A DNA stretch of 62,073 nt, the filler included, from Choristocarpus tenellus KU-1152 (lineage: Eukaryota > Protista > Phaeophyceae), in the NCBI GenBank assembly GCA_964200185.2. It is 11 parts of 11 records of this genome, joined end to end, with 100 filler letters (N's around TTAATTAATTAA, not from the genome) between each part and the next. Parts side by side here need not be neighbours in the genome. Positions count along the whole stretch, not along the records: positions 24,048 to 30,618 come from CAXNAD020007844.1; positions 30,719 to 33,791 come from CAXNAD020022511.1; positions 33,892 to 37,494 come from CAXNAD020019006.1; 8 more parts are not named here. The stretch is one strand, 5' to 3'. The position numbers were made by a program, and so were the translations under genes. The notes under the pieces were generated by a model, which saw only the letters and a program-made list of their open reading frames with translations, was not told the DNA's origin and did not search any database. Shown piece after piece: positions 24,073 through 36,904 of this stretch; position 1 is the stretch's first letter; every line of letters begins with the position of its first letter.

Positions 24073-27000
24073 GTGTTGGTCTTTGAGCCCTTGATGTTGA
24101 CACTGACATGCTCTTCCCCAAGGCGGGCAGCGAGGTATGCCCGATACTCTATCCACATGCTTGGGAAGTACACAGCCCCCCAACTGTGTGTGCTCCAGAA
24201 GGGACAGGTGACATGTTCCCATGGGACCCACAGAGGGCCGGTGTAGAGCAGTAGTAGGGGTGGGATGTACAAAGGGGATGTACAAAGGAGGGTAATAGAG
24301 CAATTGTTCATATTGGTATCACCTTGAGGTTAGCAAAATAATAATAAAATAGGGTTGGGGATTTCTGTTCAAAATATCGAGAGATTCTGGGGCAGTCTTC
24401 TTCATAAAAGTAATAGGTAATTGTTCATTTAAGAAAAGGTGTATGTATGTATGTATGTATGTATGTATGTATGTATGTATGTATGTATGTATGTATGTAT
24501 ATATATCTATTCATGGTGCACGCTGACTTCTAGAAATTGTGTGGAGTTAAATTAATACAGCTGCAGAATCTCTTCTTTAAAAAAACAACAACAGTTACAT
24601 AAAATAATCAAAATGAAACAGTGGTGCATGTGCTGATCAGGGAAGTAAGACATTGAACTGATGAAGCAGGCAGAACAGGATGATTACCAAAAAAAGAAAT
24701 CAATAACGGTATGATGCATCGATTGCATCATACCGTCATCGGTATAATGTGTAATGTCATATCAATATGATGATTCCCTTGTACCTTGTCAGCGAGTTTG
24801 TACTGAGCAAAAGCCTATTGACAGAGCTGCCACATTCGTTTTGTTTTACCTACCTCTGATAATATTCATAATACTCATGCAATGATACAACAATACTGTA
24901 TGGGATGGTTTTGGGGCTCTGAGGGCAAGCCACAGAGCAGAGAAAAATAATAAAAAAGACTGATGCTGTTCTTAATAATACAAAAAATAGCAAGAAATAT
25001 TAAGTGCACCTGCAGCAGGAGCGGCAACACAGAATGCTCTGCTCTTAGTCAGGGTGCTACAGAGCACTACGAGAACCTAAGGAGTACAGCTCTAGAGCGC
25101 AGTAATGCCTACCCACCTGCAGGGGGCCTGGTGGAGATACGGGATCATGGACTTTCCGGTTCTTTCCAGCATGACGAGGTTGCTGTCGTAGGTATACCTT
25201 TTTGTGGCAAGTTCATTTACTCTTGAAAAAAAAACAAACAGGTTTTGCACTGGTGGATCAGCATCGAAACTATCTGTTCATAATATCATACAACATTAAA
25301 TAAATAATTATTAACACCACCATAGATGATCTACATTACTCAACGATAATATTAATAGTGTACACGTTGTAGGTTCACTTGCTTTTTTTTTTTCTTTCAA
25401 TTCATAGATTATTAAAACACCATATTGAATATTCTTTTCAATTCACAGATTGTTAACAACACCATATTGAATGTGTGTATATATATACTCCCCTGTCCCA
25501 TGAGTCTCTTCCTTTATGCGTGTACCTCTTCACGATGACTACGATTAAAAAAAAAAAATTGCAGTGGATTCCTTGACATTTTTTTTCCCATCAGAATACC
25601 TTTTCTCGTTTTCAGTAAAAAAATAAAATACAACATATCAGTGCCCTTCTTGTGGGCCTATGCCCGCCTAACATCTGTTCCACATTTTCAGAACATTTTG
25701 AGGATACATATTTTTCAAATGTAACTCGTCTTACGTAAAATTGTTCCGAGTAATCCAACGCAAAAATCGTTTTTTTTTAAAATCGGAGGTCATCCTGAAG
25801 AGGTATATGTGTAAAGGAACAGACTTAAGGGGGACAGAGGGGGGTACATACGTGCACCTATTAAAAAAAAATGTGATGCAATAGAGTGAGAGATAGTTGG
25901 AACAGAAAAGGTTAAAACATGGAGAGGTGATAAAGGTTAAAACTGGGTTTGAGGACTCCATTCACCGGTGTATTTTATTGAAAAAGTAATTCAAGGAATG
26001 CAATGAGAAAAAAATAATATATATTTCTATCCTATTGTACCAGTCCTTAGCTAGTAGTTACCAGTTACCAGTGTAGATTCATAAAGTACCTGCTATAGTG
26101 GGTCCAGATTCACAGGGGATGATTTTCCTGCAACAAACTTGGAATCTGTGAACTAGAGACACACAACAAAGACATTTGAACTGATCCATATGGATATACA
26201 CCAGCCTCCAATTGACATTAAAGTCCTTCAAAACCGAGATAGTTACCAAATTATAGTGGCAGTTAGTTCCAATAGGCACTAGGGTGAGAATGATCACAAA
26301 AGGGGTGCTGCTGTGTAACTGACTCAAACAGGTGGGGCATTCAACTGAAAGGCACACAGAACAGGGTATACCCTATATTTATGGACACATTTATGGACAT
26401 TGGTGTTAGGGAAATGATGGCGTGGTACAAAAAAGAGCCATATCCGAAATAAACATTGACTTTTTGATGAAAATAAACAGCTTCTAATAGTAACTGAGTG
26501 AGAGCATCTCTCTCTACATATATATATGTATATATTTATTTTATTTTATTGACTGGGGCACACGAACCCGTTTGGATAAAAATAAACAAATAAATGTATG
26601 TTCACTTGGCACTCGACCATGATCAGTGTGTTGGATAAAAATGTATCTGTGGAAAAACAGCTAGAGGTCTATAATAATAATAATAATAGTAATAATGGTA
26701 ACTCTGCAGTAGGAACAAATGCATCTTGTACATGCAGAGGTAGAGTCAGGACTGTAAAGTCAGTTTTTACAAAAATATGTATTTTTTACTACATGATAAC
26801 AATAATAATAATATTGTGCTGCCAAATTAAGTAATGAGAAATAAAAACCTTGGTGATAAGAACAGCTCTAAGCTATGGCATACACTAATATATCTGTGGT
26901 CTTCATGTGTGTGAGAAATATATTGGTAGGTCTTGGAGTGATATATATATATGCAGGGAGAGACATTGTATAGGAAATAATGAATGCAGACTACCTGGTG

Positions 27001-30000
27001 GATAATGGATCGGAGCTATTCTGAGGTTTTTATATTAGTAAGGAAAGGCATATTTGTTCCACATAAGTGAATCAAAATCTCACTTCAACTTTGGGGCAAT
27101 CACACCAATGCTATTTTTTTTAATACTAATACAATGCCAAGATGGTGATTACACAACAGTAATAGTAATAATAATAACAATAACACCAAATAATTTAGTC
27201 AGAGTAAATGGTGTCAGGGTAAGGATAAGATCACACTGGTTGTAGTATTGGCTGTACAGGCATTTCAATTTTGAGGGGTTAGGGCAACCTCAGTATAAAG
27301 GCTCGATAAAATGCATCATGTATGTAAGTAAGTATACCTGGGTGAGTAGAGGCTAACCCCATATAAGTCTGCTGCAAAGTTGTCCTCCCTACCATACTGG
27401 TATGTCAAGGTAGTCCACTTTGCCCAAGCAAAAAAGCTGGGAGACACCTCAATGTCATCCTCCAAGAGAATACCATGGTCATGCCTGTTGGGTTAGACCA
27501 GGGGGGCATTGTCAGGTTAGGGTTACGGTGAATGTACTCTGCTGACTGGCTCAAATTATTTTTTCAAATCAATATTAATAATAATATTTTACAATATTAA
27601 AACAATATCAGCATCATTAACATTAATAATATTAAAACATTAACATTAATAATAATAAATCATTAACATTAACATTAATAATAATAAAACAATATTACAC
27701 GTTTACAGCACAAAGTCATTGGAGGCTAGTGCACATCCCATTCCTACTAGTTAAATATACTCTGGATCAGAAAATAGGCACACCCTAACAGTGGGGTATT
27801 ATTTTTAATATATCTTGTTTGTTTCTCTCCTATAAGAAAAAAAATGGATATAAATACATATTTGAATCAATCCTGCCAAGATTTTCAAAAAACACTTTTC
27901 TTCTAGACATTCAAAAATTGGAAGCACCGGTGGGTCAAAAGAAAGCACTAACCCTAACCCTAACCCTAAGCATCACCGGTGGGTAGACTAGATACTAGAG
28001 ATACATCTGTGATCAATAAATAAAAAAAATCTTGACCAAATTATTATATATAAAAAAAAGTAAGAGAGACTCGATCTCACCAACTGCAGCCGCCTGCAAA
28101 GAGTTCACGTCCCATATTTTTTTGGAACTACTATTTAAAAAAAATAGTTTTACCCATAATCCATACCAAGCCCGTACCACTCAGTAACATGTTAGAGACC
28201 TCAAAATACCTCGATTTCAAATACATCAATACTAATATTTGAATAAAAATGTTCTGCACCAGCACTAATCCAATAACATTTTTTTTTTAAATGTGTAGAA
28301 AAAAAAAATCAACCAAAAGATGTGTGTCCCGACACCCACAAAACTATTACAATATTATCATTATTATTTTATGAATTATGATTTTAAACGTGCAGTATCC
28401 CTTGTCTACAAGATGCTTTCAAAGATGCTTTCAAAGATGTTTTCAAAGCGATGTTTTCAAAGTGCTCATCACATGCAAAAAATATATTAAAAGATAAGCA
28501 GAGGTTACATACACACTAGCACAAGCACACACATACACAAAATGCCGGTGAGGTGATACCTGCCAGCAGGGTAGTATGATTCTGTAACTGCCCTAATGAG
28601 CCCTCCCCGAAGCACACGGAAATGTCCATGGACTTTACCCCTGCACCCCCACTTTTGGGCGAGGTCATCAATGAGGGAAAGGGTTTCCTCGTCGGAGGCG
28701 CTCTCGGCGTAAATATCAACTGACACCTGGAATAGTGTGTTTACCAATTAGGGTCGCACAACAGAAAAAAACGAAGAGTTGGGGGAGGGAGGGGGGAGGG
28801 GGGAGGGGGGAGGGGGGTTTGGATTAGGGCTAGAGTTCATATTTTAGTAGCATATGGTATTAATTAATTAAGGTAGTGTTTTGTGTATGTTTAATAAATC
28901 TTCCTTCTTTTACTCAAGGCACAATTAATTTCTTTTTTTATTCTACTGAATTAGTTCGTAATACATACACATCCCTAACCCCCTCAAAAGTCACACCCAC
29001 ATCTGTCATTGGTATTATATTGGTATAGTTCTACATCTTTGGTATTGTTTTAAAGTCCCCCTGTCATAACTCTTGTTATAAATGTCTCTCTTTACCAGTA
29101 AGATAAAACATAAAATACAAATGTCCCCCTGTCATAACTCTTGTTATGAATGTCTCTCTTTATAAGTAAGATAAAATATAAGAATACAAACGTCCCCCTC
29201 TCCTTATAAGCAAGACAAACTACAACTAGTAAAAAGTCCCTCTGCCATAACTCCTGCAATTAGTACTTCTATTATCATATAAAGATAAGATATAACATGA
29301 TAAAAAGATCTATACCCTACAAATAGTACAACACCACACCCAACCCCCCTCAAAAGCATACAAATAGCCTTTCGCACACAAGCTCTTCCTATGTTGTACA
29401 CATAACACAACATCTCCAATGGTCATTTTCACCTCTTCCCCAAACAGATGGGCTAACTGGAGGGACAACAGCAGCCGCCTCAGAGACCAAGGACGCTTAT
29501 GTGTTATTACAGAGACTCCAAATCTTGGACGACTCCAGCTTGCCAGAGCAGAAGGGTCCAAGGTAGATATCCAGTCTGCATGGGGGAAGTCCTCACTTGG
29601 CATGCTGATGAATGCAGTAGGTGCCTGTTTAATTTATTTGAGTGTGTATGTATGTGTGTTGTATGTATATACATGTATATATGCACGTGTGGTTATTTTC
29701 CACTATACAGAGGTAACATAATCACAACAATCAACAATTTTGTGTCATTTTTGACAAGATAAGGTATACAGAAAAATGTGAAATGCTACACACTATATAC
29801 TTTGTTTACAATGATAGAATTGAAAAAAAATAGTGCAAACAAAAAGTACAATTCATATTTGAAACTGCACTTGTCTGTGTGATATTCCACAATAGGAGGT
29901 ATGTGTTATGTGTACATATCACATACTATGTACTGTCAAAATATTTAATGTGCAGAAACAGTATTGTTAATCAGCACCACCTTTCTCATTCACTTCATTA

Positions 30001-30618
30001 CTATTATCACTATCAGTATCACTATCACTACTGCTAAAAATAATAATGAAAATAACAATAGTAACAATACTACTACTACTACTATTAAGAAAGGAGTCAA
30101 GTTACATCACACAGAACCTGCTCACATCTCAAAAAGAAGTGTCGTAGAGAGAGAGAGAGAGCTAATAAAATACCAATGATATGTACTGTTGCCAATATAT
30201 TTTATTTTGATAATCATCTATTTTTCATTACACAGCACAGTAGACAAGCATACACGTAACACACCTACTGAAACAAAAACATACAGATGCTGACACTAAA
30301 ACTACTCTCAAATATCAACCAACCCACCAAGCAGAACAAAAAATAAAACATAAAATCATGTAAAATAAAAATATTATATTGAGGTACACATACATGTTCC
30401 ACCAGGATGGAAAATCTCGATGTTGAACAAATGACAACTAATACAGACTATGGACAACTAATACAGACAACTACTACAGACTATGGACAACGACTGCTTT
30501 CTTCATTGTACTTAATCCACAGATTTCACACTCTGTCTACATAAAATAAAAGAAACCACCCACCTTCCTCCTCCCACATGCCAGTCGTGCTGCATGTCCC
30601 TCCAAAGAGTCCCCTCCC
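24073..30618 (-). CDS. GT-A fold glycosyltransferase (GT2-like, uncharacterised plant/fungal/algal type), partial, 6 exons
   Basis: Exons: 30618-30564 (tentative), 29624-29433 (VITHKRPWSLRRLLLSL), 28726-28560 (GGLIRAVTESYYP), 27484-27338 (HGILLEDDIEVSP...GVSLYSPR), 25221-25117 (PYLHQAPC), 24183-24073 (SWGAVYFPSMW...GSKTN). All phases match. Confidence 0.9.
24440..24500. repeat. (TATG)n microsatellite
   Basis: Read directly from the sequence. Confidence 0.95.
25488..25844. mobile_element. Stowaway-like MITE with ~55-bp terminal inverted repeats and TA target duplication, intronic
   Basis: TA|CTCCCCTGTCCCATGAGTCTCTTCCTTTATGCGTGTACCTCTTCACGATGAC ... GTCATCCTGAAGAGGTATATGTGTAAAGGAACAGACTTAAGGGGGACAGAGGGGGG|TA. 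Confidence 0.8.
29055..29255. repeat. ~68-bp tandem repeat, two copies plus degenerate ones
   Basis: GTCCCCCTGTCATAACTCTTGTTAT...AGTAAGATAAAAYATAARAATACAAA repeated. Confidence 0.8.
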
Positions 30619-30719
30619 NNNNNNNNNNNNNNNNNNNNNNNNNNNNNNNNNNNNNNNNNNNNTTAATTAATTAANNNNNNNNNNNNNNNNNNNNNNNNNN
30701 NNNNNNNNNNNNNNNNNNC

Positions 30720-31500
30720 AGACACCAAGCAATCTCGCCAGGTTTATCACCTTTATGTTCTTTGATGATTTTGGGGATACTTTAACATGTGTTGCCGGTA
30801 TGTTGTCTCTGATAGAGGTTTCTGTTGTATATCTTGTGTATGACATGAACCAGATATGTTCATTGATTGATGTCCAGTTAACGTTTTTCTGTACAAGACA
30901 GAGAATAGATAGCTGCTACTTGTACGAGTTGGGAATTGTGAACACACTACCAGCGTCCGCAAATGGTTCTCACTTTCTTGTGCTCTTGAGCATGGTGGCC
31001 AAGCACACGTCCCTATCTTCCCATGGCAGAAGTCGATTCGTCCATCACAAGACCGCGGCATCTGCTCTTCATTTCGAGAAAAACATTATTCCTTCCGTGG
31101 TTTCATTGACAAACCCCCGAGCACGTATCTGTAACTCATTGTGATGGTACATGAGCTGACTGAAGTCCAAGGTGGACATTCTTAAGGCCTCCATCGCCTA
31201 GCAGTTTGTGAGAATATCAGAGAAGAACTCATTCACTATTTGAAGAAATGGGATTAGAGGCAGCACGCTTGAGCTCGGTGTATGGTGGTTACCTCAAATG
31301 ATGGTGATGGTGTGAGAGGGATAAAACATCTAGTTGTCTTGGCAACAGTCAAGTGCTGGGCTGACCAAAGTGAAATGTAAAACAGGATGGAACTTACAAT
31401 CCTACCCGATGGGCTTAATGACAGGAAATGATCTGGTACGCCGGTATAGGCATGGGATCGTGTGCCTCTACTCTTCAGATGAAGACATACTAGAAGCACA
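30720..31500 (-). pseudogene. Decayed plant-type (DD39D-like) mariner transposase
   Basis: Ordered, frameshifted motifs: 'AQHLTVAKTT', 'IPFLQIVN', 'IMFFSK*RA', 'DFCHGKIGTCAWP...RAQESENHLRTLV'. The last resembles FDGKIGxWPF...AxRSSKNRxxGTL of DD39D transposases. Confidence 0.6.
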
Positions 31501-33711
31501 TGTACCAGAGAGCAGTCATGCTAGGCGATTTGCATTTGACGAAACCCTCCTCTAAGATAGGATGACTCTCATGACCTCACCTCATGGTCTCTTCGCCGTC
31601 ATGGCGTCCATCCTTCTCAGTGCGGCTAGTGAGAGACAACAGTATCGTTCTAACAGCCTCTTTCGTATCCCCACCATGGATCCTCTGTTTAATCAGGCTG
31701 GGAGGATGAGGTGAGGGCGTACATACAGATATGCCTGGGCGACTGCGTTTGTCGGAAGCGTCCTTTTTTCAGCAAGTCTTTGGTGTAAGAGATCATGAAA
31801 TGATACCTTAGTAGGAGAGTGTGCACTATCTAAAGGGCATAGTTATTTCAACGGCATTGTCTTCGTTGGACATTCTGTATTAGCCGGAGTACAACATCTG
31901 TGGGGAGGCAATCTTCCCCTGGCACGGCCACCACCTTGTTGAGGCATCGCTACTAGATAAGATTGACAATCAATCCTGACCAGCTTGCCGACCTCGGAAG
32001 CTACAATAAGTACTGTATACCTTAATCCGAAGAGGCAAAGTATTTCTACCTGGATAGTGAACCACTCGGTTTCACACACTTTTTGTCACTACGTTTATAA
32101 TTTTTGCTCTAATGATTTGTGTGGGACGGTTTCACTGACTGAAACAGAACTTCGTGCATTTTTATCATACGGATGGTGACTTCTATTGGTGATGCAGTTG
32201 TTACCTTGGATGCCATCTCCTGTTATATATTGAATTAGTTTCGGTTTAATGGACGGTACGACATATTCGTTGGCTTTTTATTATTATGCCCTCTGACATA
32301 TTTCAGATGTGTCAGGGGAAAAACTAATGAAAACTATTCACATCTCAGGAAAATCCCTAAAGAAGTAACAGTTGTCACAGATGTGAAAAACAGTCATCTA
32401 TTTGCAATTTTACTACCATCTATGTTGTACCACTGCCTTCCTGAGTCTCCGACCTACCTACTCCTGAGGTGAGGAGCTAGGGAAGTATGGCCATGCATGT
32501 TGGAATGCTGGTACCGTACCCATTCAATATATCATTGTGTCATATCACTTCACCCACATACAATTTGTTGGTCCGGGATTGGCCGATCAATGAAAGAGAT
32601 CATGCCCGTCACTGCACAAGCAAGTAGCTCTCTCGACACTCGTCCTGCATTTCAAGCTAGAGACACTGGGCAGCAGGTGGGCAAGAAGGGGCCTAACAAA
32701 GTCCTGGGAAGCTTCCCTAGTTCCGCGTCCACCTTGCTTCGTAGGTCTAAGCTAGGTTTCAAGCATGTCAGTGTACACATTACTCAGCATAACACCATAT
32801 TCAAGAGGACATTCTTGTATTATTAGTTTCCAAATAGTGCATATTTTAGGGAGGTGTCTTACCATTGATGACAACGATTGGCTGTATCTACAGTAGTCCT
32901 TGTAATTGTAGTTTGGCCTTAGTTTCCCCTCGCCCAAACAAATCTGAGAAAAATAAAAGGTATAGACAGTTCAACCATAGGACCTGTGTTGACCTTCCCC
33001 AGTCAATTCTAATGCCGTGCTCGATCCTATGGTCATGTCTGAAGAATTCAACTGAATTATAGACAGTTCAACCACAGGAACTGATCTATGAAGAGAAGAT
33101 ACCTACATACTCCAGCAATAAGAAACGCTTCTACTGAGTTGTACCTATCTTGTCTCTACATTACGATGTTTTTCGCAAGTCCTTCTGTATCGATGTTATT
33201 GTTTATTGTTCACTGGCTATTAGACAAGATGCACAACTGTACATCTTTTAACATTGACAGCGTTTCGAACATTTAGTGGGACTCTGTGTACCTAAAGCCA
33301 CCACTCTCCTGTTTCAACACTGGTGGAAGTGACTTCTCTTCTACCTTTCTTGTCTTGTTTGACGCTGCCTCTCGAAAAATAAATAAATACAATACGTGCT
33401 CTGTGTGTGTTGTCTGTTGGTGTACCTAAAACATTTTAATGCCATTGAACCACTAATAAAAATGAGTTGGTCTGTGTAGTACATCCCATCTGTTGACCGA
33501 TTGCTTACCTTGGATGGCGATTATTAATAGAAATCGTATCAGGAATGAATGGAACATTCTCCGGCACGAGAGACAGGTTTTCCAAATCCTTACAGTCGAC
33601 AGATTGTGTCGCTTCTCTTGTGCGTTTCATACGATCCGATGGTGTATTTCGGATTTGAATACTCTAAGCGGAATGCTGCTAGATCAGCACACCAGTGTTA
33701 TTAGTAGCAAA

Positions 33712-33791
33712 GACCCAAAGTATCTGCGGGGGGGGGGGGGGTCAAAACCTGGGTGCCCAATTGGGACAAAACCAGGAAAGGGGTGAAAACA
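33712..33791 (-). mobile_element. MITE family A, partial at contig end
   Basis: GACCCAAAGTATCTGC-G(n)...AACCAGGAAAG. Confidence 0.8.
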
Positions 33792-33910
33792 NNNNNNNNN
33801 NNNNNNNNNNNNNNNNNNNNNNNNNNNNNNNNNNNTTAATTAATTAANNNNNNNNNNNNNNNNNNNNNNNNNNNNNNNNNNNNNNNNNNNNGGGGGGGGG
33901 GGGGGGGGGG

Positions 33911-33945
<35 letters not shown>

Positions 33946-34239
33946 GAAAAGTTCCACTAGTCCACAGGTCCTTGCAGTGTAGCAGAGATACACCGAGTCA
34001 GTTGAAGTGGCTAAACAAGCCACTGTCTGCATTGCCTTGACTGCTTCACTGCAATTGTTGATGCTACACAAGGACAATGAAAGGCTGATTTCACACTAGC
34101 CACAGAAGGCAAAGGGCAATTACACACACAAAAAATTGCCCCTTCGAGTACAACTGCACTTATAAAAACAGAAAGGAGATGGATGAGTGGGGCCATTTGC
34201 GGCGGGGGGAGAGAGGGGGGAAGGGGGGAGGGGGCTCAC

Positions 34240-36272
34240 CGGCTGATGTGCCTGGCGACGAGCCTCGCTCTTCACAGCCATATCATTGTACCAGTCTAGC
34301 TTCAGGTGTGTTGAAAATTTCTCGTTCAAATACTGGGAGATGAGGGTGATGGTGAGAGGGAAGGAAAGAGAGGAGAGTGGGAATGGGGAGGTGAACAAGA
34401 GGAGTGAGTGAATTTACATGCATGCCTTACCTAGCATGGAAATTGAATTGAAGTGCTACGCCAGAATAGAAGTGCCCAGTCAAGGGGGGGGGGGGGGGGT
34501 GCGCAAAAATACTCATACAATTCAGGACTATTTATTGGTGAGGTATTCAAGAGGGAAGCTGTAATGTAACAGAAGAGGGTTGTGCCAGCGATGGTAGGGA
34601 GGGGGGCATAGGCAAGAGGAGGCTACTTAAGGCTAGAGGGTGGAAAGCATGGTGGACTCAAGAGCACGGTGGTTGCCAATAGGTTCTGGCACAGAATTTC
34701 TTGGGTCCCAGAAGGTATTATATTAGAAGGGGTCTTCTACCAATAAGATACAGCATTTCGCATCTTTGCAGCAGGGCATGTTAGACATATTGGCCATGTA
34801 GCAATGAATCCGAAAGGCTGCAGTGATGGGGTTGCCCCTTCAATACAAGCATGCACTCTTGCTACTCCAGCGCAAGGTGTTGCCACTATCACAGTGATAA
34901 TCCGGATGGCCCGATGTAATGAGGCGTCTTCTCTCAATCTCCGCACACAATGCTGTCCACACACTCAATGGCTGATTAATAAACACTCATAACCACATAA
35001 TTTCCACGACACAATTATGCTTGCAACAACATCTGCATTGGTTTACACTGTGCCTTGCATAAATCATATGAAACAACGCTTTCGGCTAAGGAGACTCGAC
35101 TGCAGTGTCTGGCACCATAATAGGAGACCAGTGATACCTTCATGGATTCTCCAGGTAAGGTAGTATGACTCTATACTTCCGGGCACAAGTATAGAGAACA
35201 TATCGAGGTAGACCACTAACACATTGATAGGATCTGCTCCATTCAAGAACAGTGCGCATAGCCCTCGGTGATACCTGTATTTGATGCCTGGCCCTGCTCA
35301 GGCGCACTCGGCACAACCCAAGCACGAGATGTAGAACGCCCAGCCCTCTGTCTCTTCACCGCCTCTCATATCCATGCCTCCCACGACATGATTTGCAGCC
35401 CTCGCTACGTTGTTCTCCACAACGTAATGTAGTTTCGACAACAGGGTAGGATAGTTATCCCATATTCGATAACACAGCAACAATGCAGACCTTAGTGGAA
35501 GCGGCCACCCTTTGTCTCAGTCCCGCCCCCGTCCCCACCAGGGTCACGCAGATACACCGCCTAAATCCCAGGCCAACAAATTGCTTACAGTCCTACATCG
35601 GGTGTCGTGTTGACATAGTGCAATGCCTAACTGGAGTCAGGCCCCGTCAGCAACACCGTTGAATCGATTTAGAAAACCCGCTTCCCACCTACTTAACAAC
35701 TGCTGATGTCAAGCCTTCCTAGGCCAACCCCATAACTACCAACGCTCATAAGTGGTTGGTAAGTACGGTCTCCCAGACAATTGAGTCTCACCTGGAACGC
35801 TTTGAGCACTTCTGGGTCCATGTCCTTGCGGGTGAGCGCCTTGGCAAGGGCCAGAAATACCTGAAACGGGTGAGCAGAAGCATAGGATGAGATCTGTAGG
35901 CGACAGGGCTTACCGTTGAGGATATAAACAACTTGTACATTGTACCATTGAGACAACCAAGGACTGGGTTAAATGGACCGAGATCAGTTTTGAGGTGCAC
36001 TCATCGGAAACAAGCAACCATAAAGACTTGCAGTGTGACCTTCAAAATGTGTGCGCAACTGAGGATCCTAGCTGCAAGGGCCCAACACACCACAACAGTG
36101 CTGGGCACGGACAGGGCAAGAAATAGTATGCACGAAATTACCATCAACCCCGTTCTACTCTGCACCAATCAATATTGGCACCTGGTTAGGGGAGAGAACG
36201 AAATCTCCTCATGGTTCAGAGCACACTCACCGCTTCTACCTCCCGGGCCACATCGCGTTTGGTGATGGACAT
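34240..36272 (-). CDS. Hypothetical multi-exon gene; model incomplete, possibly a pseudogene
   Basis: Exon-like segments with good splice sites: 36272-36231 (MSITKRDVAREVEA|gtgagt), 35860-35792 (VFLALAKALTRKDMDPEVLKAFQ), 35630-35589, 34332-34240 (YLNEKFSTHLKLDWYNDMAVK...). The middle part cannot be phased. Confidence 0.45.
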
Positions 36273-36532
36273 TAATTAGAAATTTCCTTCGTTTGAAACC
36301 TTTGAAGGGTGTTCTGTGTGCCGAAGGCAAGGTTGTTCTTGGTCGGTCAACAGAGCAGGGATATTTCTATATTGAATCATTTAGCGTGGACGCGGTTAAA
36401 CTTTTTTGACTTTTCGTTTTATGGGGGTGTGTTTACGAAAAGTCCATAAAGAAAAATAAATCATGATCAACACACGTTACCATCGTGGACACTCGAACAC
36501 CGAACATCTGCCTGAAAAGTAGATTCAATTAC

Positions 36533-36904
36533 TACTTCACCACAATTGTATTGTTTATTGGTGATATGAACGACATTTATAAATGATTGTTTATGTATTC
36601 ATGAACAATATGTATACTATACTTCGATCAGTACTTGGGGTGAATCAGATACTGTATTGTAATATTTTTCGGTATTGCTCTTGAATATATATATAATAGC
36701 GTGTTTACACAAAATGAAATACACTAAAAACAATTTAAGAAAAAAACACACTACAATCGCAGGGATTCGAAACCCTTCTAAAGCACCACTTCACCAAAAT
36801 TGTAAGATATATATCGAAGATGAACAACATTGTAAGGATTTTATGCGCTTATGAACAATATTGTATGATATACGTCGATCAGTACTTAGGGTGTATGAGA
36901 TACT
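36533..36904. repeat. Two diverged ~120-bp direct repeats (36533-36652 and 36788-36904)
   Basis: ACTTCACCAMAATTGTA...ATGAACAATAT...TCGATCAGTACTTRGGGTG...AGATACT occurs twice. Confidence 0.8.

Noticed and set aside
36758-36776. tRNA T-arm/B-box-like motif; also GGGGTTCGAACCCC near 38153
   Set aside because: No cloverleaf or A-box could be built around either.
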